Assembly: GCF_006345805.1 (NCBI RefSeq)
Contig: NC_043004.1
Span: forward strand, 53,444,001-53,508,000
Direction: 5' to 3'
DNA: 64,000 nt
From: Octopus sinensis
Lineage: Eukaryota
This document shows positions 13,744 through 26,063 of this stretch, piece after piece; within the stretch, counting starts at the first letter, position 1; every line of letters starts with the position of its first letter. A program made the translations under genes and the position numbers. Under the pieces are notes generated by a model, which saw only the letters and a list, made by a program, of their open reading frames with translations, searched no databases and had not been told where the DNA came from.

Positions 13744-14995
13744 CAACATACATACATACAATACATACATACATACATACATACACTGAATATTGGCTAT
13801 CGAATTTGCTGGCTTTTCGTTTATAGCTTTTTCAGTTGCTTGTTTCTTTTTCCTTCCAGTTTTCTTCCATTTACGACTTCATACATAATATTTCATTACT
13901 GATAGACTCATCTATCAGTGGGAAAAGATGAATAATTAATAGCTGGCAGTTATTTGCATGCAAATAAATTAAATGTGTCTTAATATATATTTCATCATGG
14001 GAAGAGAAGTTACTTAAACAATCTCTGTATATTTCTTTTTTTTTTCTTTCGATAATGGTTGTGTATTTTTTAGGCACTTTTTTTAAAAATTTATGTACAT
14101 TATATTTCTTTATTTATGTAAAATTTTGCCAAAATTTGAATTGAATAAAATTGTATTTAAGTAGTATTATTGTGTATATTACTTTTCTTCTTTCATATCT
14201 TTTTCTCTGCATTCATTTCTCATTTGTCTCTCATTCTACCTTCTTCTCCTCCTATATATATGTGTGTGTGTGGGGGGGGTGGTCTGTGTGTGTACGTGTG
14301 AGTGTGTGTGCGCGCGCGCTTGTATGTATACATGTATATATATTCGCATATGCATGCATATGAATATATATGTATTTTTGTGTCTGTGTGTGTGTATGCG
14401 TGTGTGTATATACATGTATGTATAAATATATATATTTATGTTTATATATGTTTGTACGTATGTATACATGTATTTAAGTATATATGTAAGGCTAAGAAAT
14501 TATGTATGCTTCCATATATGTATGTATATATATATTATATATGTGTGTGTGTGTGTGTGTATGTGTGTCAATGTGTATGTGTGTACGTGTGCATGTATGT
14601 AAGTATATATGTATGTATGTGTGTATGTATGTGTGCATGTATGTTCGTGTGTATATGATTGTATGTGGTAGTGTATTAGCAATTATTTCAATACATTTAA
14701 CGTTTTAAAATTTTTCTACAGTTTTCTTGTTTTAAGTGTACCTTATAATTCCATGTATTGATAAAAATATATATATGGTTTTCGATCGATATTTTTTAAT
14801 GTCCGTGTTATGTGTTTTTACGTAAATATTTATTTAAAACCTTTCTGGCTTATGTTAAGGCAAGTATGTCCCGGAAATTAGTAGTTCCAGAAATAAAAGT
14901 ATATGAGTATCAGTATGACACTATAGCACTATAATAGCAGTGTGCAGACATGTCTTCGGTCCATGAGTAAAAAGGGCGAAGATATGTATATATAC

Positions 14996-15065
<70 letters not shown>

Positions 15066-15092
15066 AAACAAGAAGAAGAAGAAGAAGAAGAA

Positions 15093-15160
<68 letters not shown>

Positions 15161-15258
15161 TACAATATAAGAGAATTATTCCAAACTTACAGGGAAAAAT
15201 TGAATTTAGAAATATTAAATCAAATTTCACAATATATGAATATATATATATATATATG

Positions 15259-15300
<42 letters not shown>

Positions 15301-16884
15301 ATATTAATATGAGAATGTGTGTCTGTCTGTGTGTTTCCCTAAAACTTGAGAACTACACAACCAATTTCATTCAAATTTTAGAAATGCCTTACTTAGGGTC
15401 CATGTAGTTTCATGGGCAAAAAGAATTTTCAACTTCTTTCCTAGGGCGAGCCCATAGCAATATCATATCTTCTCCACTATTTCAGTATTACGTTTTAAAA
15501 GTGAAACAAAACATTTCTTTATTTTATGTCAGATACTTTCACTTTAACAATAAAAATTAGAGATAATAATAAAAATTGAATTATATGTGGTAAGTAATAA
15601 TGAAAATCAAACTAAAGTATAATATAATCGTAACATAACAAAAGTAAAAATAGCAATTGGTATAAAATTGCATCAATGACTTGAACTTGAATAAGTGGTT
15701 TCACATGACTGGGAAGAAATTAAAAATTAAATTAGCGTGCAGAAATGGAATAGTCCAGATGGAGGTGTGCACATACAGTTTACTACGGCTTTTACATTAG
15801 ATTATCTGCTTATTAGCTAGCATTAAGTATCTATATTAAGTTTGGCTGTATGTAATGTCTGTTTTCACGAACAGCCGCTTCTACTGAGTACTGCTGTTGT
15901 TTTATTTCTTATACATAAAGGACTATAGCATTAACTGCGTACTACTTTTTGATTCAGCGTAAGGTTTTTTTGTTATTATTGTTACTGTTTAACTATTGTT
16001 ATCACGTCTGTTGGTTCCTCGTAAGAGAAACGTTGTTGTGTTGCATTTGTTAAATAATTGTAAGCTGTAACCCTCCCCCTTTGGGAGAAGGAGCTTTGGC
16101 TATTGTTTAAAAATTGAATTGTGTCCCTGTTTGGCGAAATTGACAATATTTTCATCGTTAACACGGAAGCATTTTTGTTAGAATGCCTTCGATAGAAGAA
16201 AGTCCAAAAATGAATTTCGTTACAGCCGTCGGCGGGCGCGAACTCATTAAAATTAAAATGGAAGAAATACAAACCTATTTCGGATTGATCACCGACAAAG
16301 ACGGTGAATCTAGGATAACACCATCAAACGAAATAAAAAATTAAATTAAAGAAGATACTATTGTCTATAAAGTATACAATGTAGAGAAAAGAAGATTTGA
16401 ACACCTGAAGGAAAGCACCATCGAAAAGTATCTTAGTGCGACTATGAAAGATATTAAGTATCTAACCAGAGGAGGTAAATTCGCCACAATAGAAGCAAGG
16501 TTCGAGTCAATGGAGCGTGCAAGGGAGTACTTGACTCGAACCTTGTAAATTGGAAATATCTTATTTTACCTTTATATCTGGGACGTAGGACGTACCGGAT
16601 AAAAATTTTAAATGTCCCTCCAGAAGTAGATGTAGGCTGGATTGTAACCACACTTCTATACAAGAGACAGGACAAGACACAATTGATCGAAATTGCAAGA
16701 GACGGGCCTAAAATTCCAGTCTGTTATATATTTTGAGTATTGTAATCACTAGTGATATCAAGATATAACTTTGTATTTTGTATTTTATGTGTAGATGTAT
16801 ATATATATAGATGTACCTGTAATATGTACACATATATACATGCACTAGCACTATGGCCCGGCAACGACGGGTCATAATGCTAGT
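15301..16884 (+). mobile_element. Non-autonomous Helitron/Helentron-like element
   Basis: 3' hairpin GCCCG-gcaacga-CGGGT followed by CTAGT (16880-16884). The 5' region atgagaatgtgtgtctgtctgtgtg..ccaatttcattcaaatttt resembles HINE/DINE-like starts. The 5' boundary is uncertain because it lies in (TA)n. Confidence 0.5.
16183..16730 (+). pseudogene. Possible LINE ORF1 (L1/Tx1-type RRM-like) fragment
   Basis: Broken frame MPSIEESPKMNFVTAVGG...IEKYLSATMKDIKYLTRGGKFATIEARF...LPLYLGRRTYRIKILNVPPEVDVGWIVTTLL, with stops and a frameshift. The family assignment is by resemblance only. Confidence 0.4.
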
Positions 16885-17072
16885 ATCTATCTATATACAG
16901 TAATGAAAAATTAAGTTATACCATTTAGAATAATTACATATTATAGAAAGATTAAATATAAGATATTACATATAACATTGATTAAGTAATGTGCAAAATA
17001 ATAAATAAAAACGTATATATTTGGTAGAATTTAATTTTTCATTATTGAATTGATAAAAAGTGTTTTTTTCTA

Positions 17073-17120
<48 letters not shown>

Positions 17121-17121
<1 letters not shown>

Positions 17122-17674
17122 CCGAGGGTGAACCAAAAGGTAATGCTATGGGTATAATTACCAACAAAGGAACATGTATTATACATCGAAATGATGCTGG
17201 ACCTCTGTGAATCACATCTTTAGATCTGAACATTGTCACCGTTTCTCTCAATAGCAATGTTCCAACTTCGAATGAGAGCATGTATCACTGCCCGGTGAAA
17301 TTCTGTTGACATTCTTTCATCCACTTCTTTACAGTTTTCATTTCATCGTCGCTGGACTATCATCGTCACTAGGCTATCATCTCTTCGGTCCCATGAAAGA
17401 GGTTTTGAGAGGCAAACATTATTCCAGTGACGTGGAAGGGAAAACTATAGTGAAGAAGTGGCTCAAAGAACAGTCAACAGAATTTTACGGTGCAGGGATA
17501 TATGCTCTCATTTGAAAATGGAGCATTGCTATTTAGAGAAATGGTGACTACGTTGAGAAGTAGGGATGTGATCCACAGAAGACCAGCTTCATTTTGATGT
17601 ATGATACATGTTCCTGTGTTGGTAATTATACTTGTCCTAAACGAAATGGCATTACTTTTTGACTCACACTCATA
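17121..17674 (+). mobile_element. Internally deleted mariner element with imperfect TIRs and transposase C-terminus
   Basis: Left TIR ccgagggtgaaccaaaaggtaatgc versus right-end reverse complement tatgagtgtgagtcaaaaagtaatgcc. ORF 17306-17515 reads YHLFGPMKEVLRGKHY..KWLKEQSTEFY and is followed by RNGDYVEK*. Confidence 0.85.
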
Positions 17675-18432
17675 TATATATATATAAATATATATATATA
17701 TAATATATATATATATACATGCGGGCGCATGGCCCATTGCTTAGCAATATTGGACTCACGATCACCAGGTAGTACACTGGGTTCTTGAGAAAAAATTCTC
17801 CATTCAATATTACGCTATGATCGCTTTGACACCTGACGCGTGGTAGACGGTATACCTCTTCAGACAAGGTCGTTATGATAAAAGTTATCCAGAGTGTTTC
17901 TGTTCATTAAAAATTGCTGATGTCGAGTTGAATAGGGTTCTGGACAACATCCCTTTCCAGAGGAATTTAGTTCTTTCGGCTATGTGAAGCCAGCACCTCC
18001 TTGATCAATTAGAATATGACATGGAGCTTTTACGATGCTGCATTTGCTGATGTGTTGCTTATTGTTGTCAGGTACTGCCATATGGATATGTAATGCCAGG
18101 TTTCCATGCTGTTGTTTGTCTTTTAATTGTCAGGCAGCATGTTAACACCGCTGTATTGAATGGTAGGGGTGCTGAAACTATAGTGTCATGAGTTAGGCAT
18201 CTGAAGATGGGAATATTTGACTGACATGCTTGTTTATGAATAAGGATCTCCTTATCCTTAGTTGTCGTTCATTGTGGTAAGGTTGAATGGAGTATGTATA
18301 TATATATATATGCACACATACATATATATGTGTGGGAGCGTGTGTGTGTGTATGTATAGATAGAAAAAGACATACAAACATGTATACATATATTTATACA
18401 TACATACATACATATACATATGTGTATATATA

Positions 18433-18474
<42 letters not shown>

Positions 18475-19646
18475 CTTATTATAAAAGCAGATTTTATCTG
18501 CCTCCCTTTGTCAGTTATAGAAATCTACAATATAGGATTTCTTCAATTACAATTTACCTAGCATTTTTAAGAGTAGAATGCATCGGGTTTTGCCAGGTCC
18601 AGTTTTTAAAATTTAAACTCCAATTAAGCAAAATTTACAGAAAACTCACATTCTGGTGTGTATGTCAAATGCTTTTCTTAGTCTGGTTTACAGCACACGC
18701 AAACGCACACACACAGTGTGCAACGAATAAAGTGAAACTAGATGTAATATTTGTTTCTGTCTATCACGCTGATAGATACATGAGTAAAATGTATGGCAAG
18801 CTAACAGATAAGAGTGAGTGAAAATGTTCTTGGAAGAGAGTAAATAGCGACAGAGTGATTTCAGGAAGACTAAACTGAAAGTATGAAACAGTGTTTATGT
18901 ATAAACAGACGACACTTATATAAACCCTTTCGTTACCAAACCGCCCGAATTTACCTATTCATATTTAAATGAGAATATCAGAGGAAATCTCTTTAGTACA
19001 TTCGTGAAAACACGTATTATACTTCGTAAACACTTCAAATACAGTTTTGTACAAAAGTCGAAGTGTAATTTTAATTCCGTGAATTATGGGAGATTTTTCT
19101 CCGAAATTTGTTCCTATTGTGTTTTCAAAATTTGTAATTCTGACAAAAAATGGATACGAATTTCATTATATCAAGCAGCGAGTCAGAATTCGAAGGATTT
19201 TCTACTGAAGACCTTCATAAATCTAACTCTATGACTGAAAAAAAAAAGCATCTTTATATAAGAGTGAAGTTGTGTGTCTGTCTCCTACGATTTAGATTCG
19301 TAACTACTCCCACATTTTGCGGTGCAGTTTAACCAAAAGCGGGTATCTTATAGTCGTGATTCATATCGAGCCCTTCTGGGTATTAGCGCGCGTCTACGAT
19401 GAGTCTACGATTTAAAAAAAATTTACCATCATATTTTTCCATTTTAATGCATTTTTTTCGCTTTTATATAAGGGAAGTAACTCTCTAAAAATATCTACGA
19501 TGTGTCAACGATTTAAAAACAAAAATTACCTTGATTTTTTAAAAATTTTTAATGAATCTTTTTGCTATTTTTTGGCTATAACTCTCTAAAATGCTTATAT
19601 AGTTATTTCCCTTACAACCCGAGCAAAGCCGGGCGATACTGCTAGT
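18475..19646 (+). mobile_element. Non-autonomous Helitron/Helentron-like element
   Basis: 3' hairpin CCCGAGC-aaa-GCCGGG followed by CTAGT at 19642-19646. Begins at (TA)n with ttattataaaagcagattttatctgcc. The 5' end is approximate. Confidence 0.5.
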
Positions 19647-19651
19647 ATATA

Positions 19652-19693
<42 letters not shown>

Positions 19694-19957
19694 ATTACCA
19701 TTGCTCGGGTCCTTTGACGGGGGATGCCGTAATGATATTTGGCATGCACTGGGTATTCTTAGATCTGCTGTATCTTCTCCTTCCCCAGCTCTCACCATAG
19801 CCACTTTATTGCAGAAAAGAGAATACACTGTATACTACACCAATTAAAATACTGAAAATAGTAAAAGACAAAATCGACCACTGCGTAACTTAAACTCAGT
19901 CTGTAGTGTTGGAACGAATGTTGCAAATTTACTTAACTAACATTTTTCAAACTCCGC

Positions 19958-19999
<42 letters not shown>

Positions 20000-20002
<3 letters not shown>

Positions 20003-20048
20003 ATCAAAATAAGCAACAAGGATATTTAAGGTTGCTTATTTTGATTAT
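20000..20048. repeat. Perfect 18-bp inverted repeat with a 13-nt spacer
   Basis: ataatcaaaataagcaac ... gttgcttattttgattat, abutting (TA)n. Confidence 0.85.
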
Positions 20049-20172
20049 AATCACTCCATTTGATTGATATGGGGAAAACCATATCAAATTCTGGTGCCTT
20101 TGACTTAAGTACCGTATTCATCTGAATCTAAATTTTGCTGAACGTATATAAATATATATATATATATTATAT

Positions 20173-20217
<45 letters not shown>

Positions 20218-20234
20218 TATATATTATATATATA

Positions 20235-20272
<38 letters not shown>

Positions 20273-20276
<4 letters not shown>

Positions 20277-21346
20277 TGAGGGTACTACTATTCGTAGATA
20301 CCACACGCTAAGAGGGACCAATGCGGTCAAAACTACTAAAATAAACAAAATTTTACCGAATGCAAAAATTTAGAGCAAATCATTTAAAAAAAAGAATTTA
20401 GTTACATATCACCTGTGATTTCGCAATTAATGCAGAATATGCATTCCGTGTTCATCAGTGAAACAAACTCAAGATATATAAGAAAAAACATAACGTTACA
20501 AGCTCGATAGCCAACCGTAGAATTCGTCGTAGCATGTACGAATGTTTATCTTTACATATCTATGAAAATGGCGGGCTTATTCGCAATGCATTTCGATAAC
20601 AAATTGCTTACTCGGAATAAAAATTCAGTATTGAACTATTCCGGTGAAAAATATAAATTAACAATTGAGGATAAAATTTTAAAAGAAATTATCAGTAGTT
20701 AGCGTGGTCTCTCTTAGCGTGTGGTATCTACGAATAGTAGTACCCTCAATATAATATAAATAAATATTTTCAAACTGGAAAAATTTACAGAGGTTTTTCA
20801 CGCTAACTACTGATCATTTCTTTTAAAATTTTATCCTCAATTGTTAATTTATATTTTTCAACGGAATAGTTCAATACTGAATTTTTATTCCGAGTAAGCA
20901 ATTTGTTATCGAAATGCATTGCGGATAAGCCCGCCATTTTCATAGATATTTAAAGATAAACATTCGGACATGCTACGACGAATTCTACGGTTGGCTATCG
21001 AGCTTGTAACGTTATGTTTTTTTCATATATATCTTGAGTTTGTTTCACTGATGAACATGGAATGGATATTCTGCATTAATTGCGAAATCACAGGTGATAT
21101 GTAACTAAACTCTTTTTTTTTAATGATTTGCTTTGAAGTTTTGCATTCGGTAAAATTTTGTTTATTTTAGTAGTTTTGACCGCATTGGTCCCTCTTAGCG
21201 TGTGGTATCTACGAATAGTAGTACCCTCAATATAATATACATAAATATTTTCAAAGTGGAAAAATTGGCAGATTTTTTTCTCTGACGAGGTTTTTCACGC
21301 TAACTACTGATAATTTCTTTTAAAGATTTTATCCTCAATCGTTAAT
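20273..21346. mobile_element. ORF-less inverted plus partial-tandem element (481-bp period) with a hammerhead-like motif
   Basis: 20273-20706 is the reverse complement of 20799-21233. ctcttagcgtgtggtatc.. recurs at 20711 and 21192. (TA)n lies on both sides. Confidence 0.75.
21042..21105 (+). ncRNA. Candidate degenerate type I hammerhead (mirror copy on the minus strand at 20401-20464)
   Basis: GTTTCA-CTGATGA-...-GAAA-TCAC(AG)GTGA-TA-TGTAAC. Stems I and III are plausible, and the mirror copy has an inner hairpin AATGCA/TGCATT. The stem II closing pair is A.C, which is non-canonical. Confidence 0.4.
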
Positions 21347-21376
21347 ATAATATATATAGATATATAATATATATAT

Positions 21377-21416
<40 letters not shown>

Positions 21417-21514
21417 ATATATAATATTATTAGAGACAAAACCACTATTTTGCAAAACAAACAAGGAAAGACTTAATCAATACATAAAATTTTAATAAAT
21501 AGTCAAAAAAACCG

Positions 21515-21560
21515 CCACTCTACAATCGTTTCTTGTCTTGATCGACAATCTTCAGGTGGA
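21515..21560 (-). ncRNA. Type I hammerhead, array copy 1 (2-nt insertion after the GTA triplet)
   Basis: CCAC-CTGAAGA-TTGTC(gatcaa)GACAA-GAAAC-GATT-GTA-ga-GTGG. Confidence 0.7.
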
Positions 21561-24500
21561 CTTCCAATCTAAAAAATCAATATTTTAAAATATAAAATAA
21601 TAATTTTAAAATAATTAAAGTATGAATGAAAAAGTTTAAGTATATAATCCATATATAACCTATATATAATCCATATATAATCAATAATATACAATATATA
21701 AACTAAAAAAAAACTATCAACATTAAATATAAACTATAAAATATAAAATATAAAATATAAAACAAAACAAAAAAATAATAATAATATAATAATAAACTAT
21801 ATATACAACACCATACACATATACCTAATTATATATAACCATATCTAACTACATACACTAAATCAACACCTATATATATATCCCTATACATACACATAAA
21901 AACGTCTAGGCAACTATAAATAAATAAAATAGCTAAATACTTCAACACAATACTTATTCATACTCCCACACACACACATACAACCCACATTCACGCTCTA
22001 GAAAACGGACATCACTCAAAACTATGAACGGAGAAATGGAATAAATGGAATTAAAAATTATATTCACTTGGTAAAAACGAACACTACTTAAAAATTATGA
22101 ATGAAACAATGCAATAAAACAACAGACATCGCAAATAGACACAAATTACTACGAATTCCTTAACAAACCTATCATGATAAACCAAAACTCATAAAAACAT
22201 ATAATGATAAAATCTCCCTTTACTAAACTCTATAACAAACCTATATAGCAATCCCCCTAACCTAAACATTCACACACAAATACACACACGTAAACCACAC
22301 ACCACCCACGACATATACAAATACCCACACCACTTACACATACCAATACATACATATAAACCTCAACATATACTCCAAAAACCCACTCAACCCCACACAG
22401 ACAAATAAACACAAAAATTATGAATGGATTCTTTTATAAAACTACCATGATAAGCTAAAACTCACAAAACAGAAATGATAAAACCTCCCTTTACTAAACA
22501 CTATAACATACTTATATAGCAATCCCTTTAACCTATACATTCACACACAAAAACACACACGTAAACCACACACCCATAACAAATACAAATACAAACCCCA
22601 CCCCACTCACACACACCCACAAGAACATATAAGCCTCAACATATACACCAAACAAAATTACTTTACCAAGGAACTTAACATATGTATAAAAAGTATAACC
22701 GCTCTGGAAACGAACATCTCTAAATTAATGAATGGAGAAATGGAATAAATGGAATTAAAAATAATATTCACGTGGCAAAACGAACACCACTCAAAAATTA
22801 TGAATGAAACAATGTAATAAAACAACCAACATCGAAAATAGACAAATTACCACGAATTCCCTAAAAAAAACATGATAAACCAAAACTCTTAAAAACATAT
22901 AACGATAAAATCTCCCTTTGCTAAACTCTATAACAAACCTATATAATAATCCCCCTAACCTAAACATTCACACACAAATACACACACGTAAACCACAGAC
23001 CCACGACTATACACATACCTATACTAACTTATAAACCTCAATATACACAAAACCCACTCACTCCCCACACAGACAAATTAACACATACATCCCAAACCTA
23101 AATAACAAACCCATATACACATTCACACACAAACACACACACACGCAAAACACACACACACAACGGATACATATACTCCCTCAAATATACGCATATACAT
23201 ACTCACTAAACTCGATATATACAACAATATTTACACCCCACACTCATACAGATAAATAAATTATACAACTAAAAACTCACACACAAACTCATATACATAA
23301 ACACTCCTATGAAAACAACATTAAATACATCGTAATTAACCAGAATATCAAAAATAACAATATGATATAAGGATAAATAAAAGACATACTTACAAGTCAG
23401 TTTCAAATTATGAAGTGAAATTAAATTCTTAGCCGTTAAAAAATCAAACCAAAATTACGTTACCATAGAAATAACTTATGTAAAAAAAGAATACGCGCCA
23501 TGGAAAGTAAACGTCATTTAAATTATGAATGGAGAAAAAGAATAAATGGAACTAAAAGCTATATCCACGTGGCAAACCAACACTACTTAAAAAAATTTAT
23601 TATGAATGGATTCTTTAAAAAACTACCATGAAAAATCATTATATACATTTATGAGCTTTAGCTCACCTTAGCAGCTCTAACAAACAACTTGCAGTAACCC
23701 AAACCCATTCTCTATGCCTACCTCACTCACACTACACTATTCCATTCACAATTCCAAACAACGCTAGTCCACCACCCGTAATTCACGTGGCAAAACGAAC
23801 ACCACTCAAAATTATGAATGAAACTATGTAATAAAACAACCAACATCGAAAATAGACAAATTACCACGAATTCCATATAAAAAAAAAACCATGATAAACC
23901 AAAACTCATAAAAACATATAACGATAAATCTCCCTTTGCTAAACTCTATAACAAACCTATATAGCAATCCTCCTAACCTAAACATTCACACACAAATACA
24001 CACACGAAAACCACAGACCCACAACTTATACACATACCTATACTAACTTATAAACCTCAATATACACCAAAACCCACTCCCTCCCCACACAGACAAATTA
24101 ACACATACATCCCAAAACCTAAATAACAACCCACATATACACATTCACAACAAACACACACACACGCAAAACACACACACACACAACAGATACATATACT
24201 CCCTCACATATACGCATACATACTCACTAAACTCGATATATACAACAATATTTACACACCCACACTCATACAGATAATAAATTATACAACTAAAAACTCA
24301 CCACACACAATCTCATATACATAACACTCCTATGAAAACAACATTAAATACATCGTAATTAACCAGAATATCAAAAATAACAATATGATATAAGGATAAA
24401 TAAAATACATACTTACAATTCAGTTTCAAATTATGAAGTGAAATTAAATTATATTCTTAGCCGTTAAAAAAACCAAACCAAAATTACGTTACCATAGAAA

Positions 24501-26063
24501 TAACTTATGAAAAAAAAAAAAAAAAATACGCGCCATAGAAAGTAAACGTCATTTAAATTATGAATGGAGAAATAGAATAAATGGAACTAAAAACTATATC
24601 CACGTAGCAAACCAACATTACTTAAAAAAATTTATTATGAATGGATTCTTTAAAAAACTACCATGAAAAATCATTATATACATTTATGAGCTTTAGCTCA
24701 CCTTAGCAGCTCTAACAAACAACTTGCAGTAACCCAAACCTATTCTCGATGCCTACCTCACTACCACACTAATCCATTCACAATTCCAAGCAACGCTAGT
24801 CCACCACCCCGGTTACAATTCCATTCTCCACCCATTCATTCACAATTTCAACGACATTCGCCTCCAGCGCTACATATAAGCCTCAACATATACACCGGAG
24901 ATACACTTACACATCCGTGCGGATGGGTGAGAGTATACATTGAGTGTAGTGATGGGGCTCCCATTACTATACACATTTGTACCTGTGTGGTAGTCTCCAT
25001 GTGTATATTCACGCACGGGTATAAATGCAGGGGGTACACGCGCACGTCATTTGCGTGTACCCCCTCACATGTACATATGCATGCTATTTGGGCTCGATAT
25101 ATGCAACAATGTAATCGCGCCCGCATACATGCATATGGGTGAATTGCACAATCAAAAAACGCACACGTGTGTGTGTGCGTTCCTTGGTTGTGCAATTCAC
25201 CCATCTGGGTGTGAGTGGGTGTAAGCGTATCGCTGTGGATGTCGAGCTTGATACGTATGTATATGAGTGTTATTAGGGGTTTGTACGTATTAATTGTGTG
25301 CATGTGCTTACGCACTTGCGTCCATGTATGGATGAATATTTGGGATTACTATGTGGGTGTAAATTGGGTATGGAGGGGGTAGTTTTGTCATTGTATGGGT
25401 GTGGTTTCATTTGTAATGGTGGTTAGTTGGTGATTTTTAGTATGTTCTGTATATTTGGGTTAGTTATGTATTATTCTAGTGTGTATAATTGTATACATAT
25501 AATGGTGTGAATGGGATTAAGCCCATTTGTGTGGATGTATGTGTTTATTTATCCATGTGGGGCGGGAGTGGCCGTTAGGTGTATATGCTGAGGCTCACAT
25601 GCAATTCCAGGTACAACGAATGAAGTGGGCACTTATATTTGTTATGGGTGTGTGTACTTTATTATAACAGACAATACCCAAATAAAATCTGTCAATTCAA
25701 CATACCAAATAAAAAACAAAAAACAAAGGGATCTTAAACATTCACACATACATACAAATCTCAAAAAAAACACCACTAAATAATACCCATAAACATATAA
25801 ATATTTCCTCCAAAATACATATAACAAATGCATAATAAGAATACATAATAAAATAAAAAAATTAAAAAAAAAAACCTAATATAAATTATTAAAGTTTTAA
25901 CGTACCATAAACTGTTAAATTAATATACATTAAAATGAACTAATTAAAACAAAGAAATATCAATAAAGACTAACTATAATTAAAGCCTAGACAACAAACC
26001 AAAAATATATTAACTAAACTAATTTAAACTAAACTAAAGTAACCTAAAAGGGAACTATTATTG

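Noticed and set aside
24848-25315. Cys/His-rich ORF (MGELHNQGTHTH..) recurring in each non-coding region as a second gene
   Set aside because: It overlaps the GC-richer hairpin and CA-repeat block, its frame varies between copies and it has no recognisable domain. Recurrence in near-identical copies is uninformative.
21560-26040. Mitochondrial insertion (NUMT) or control region, suggested by the strong GT/AC skew
   Set aside because: No mitochondrial gene or tRNA was recognised, and the region is an integral part of each retroelement unit.
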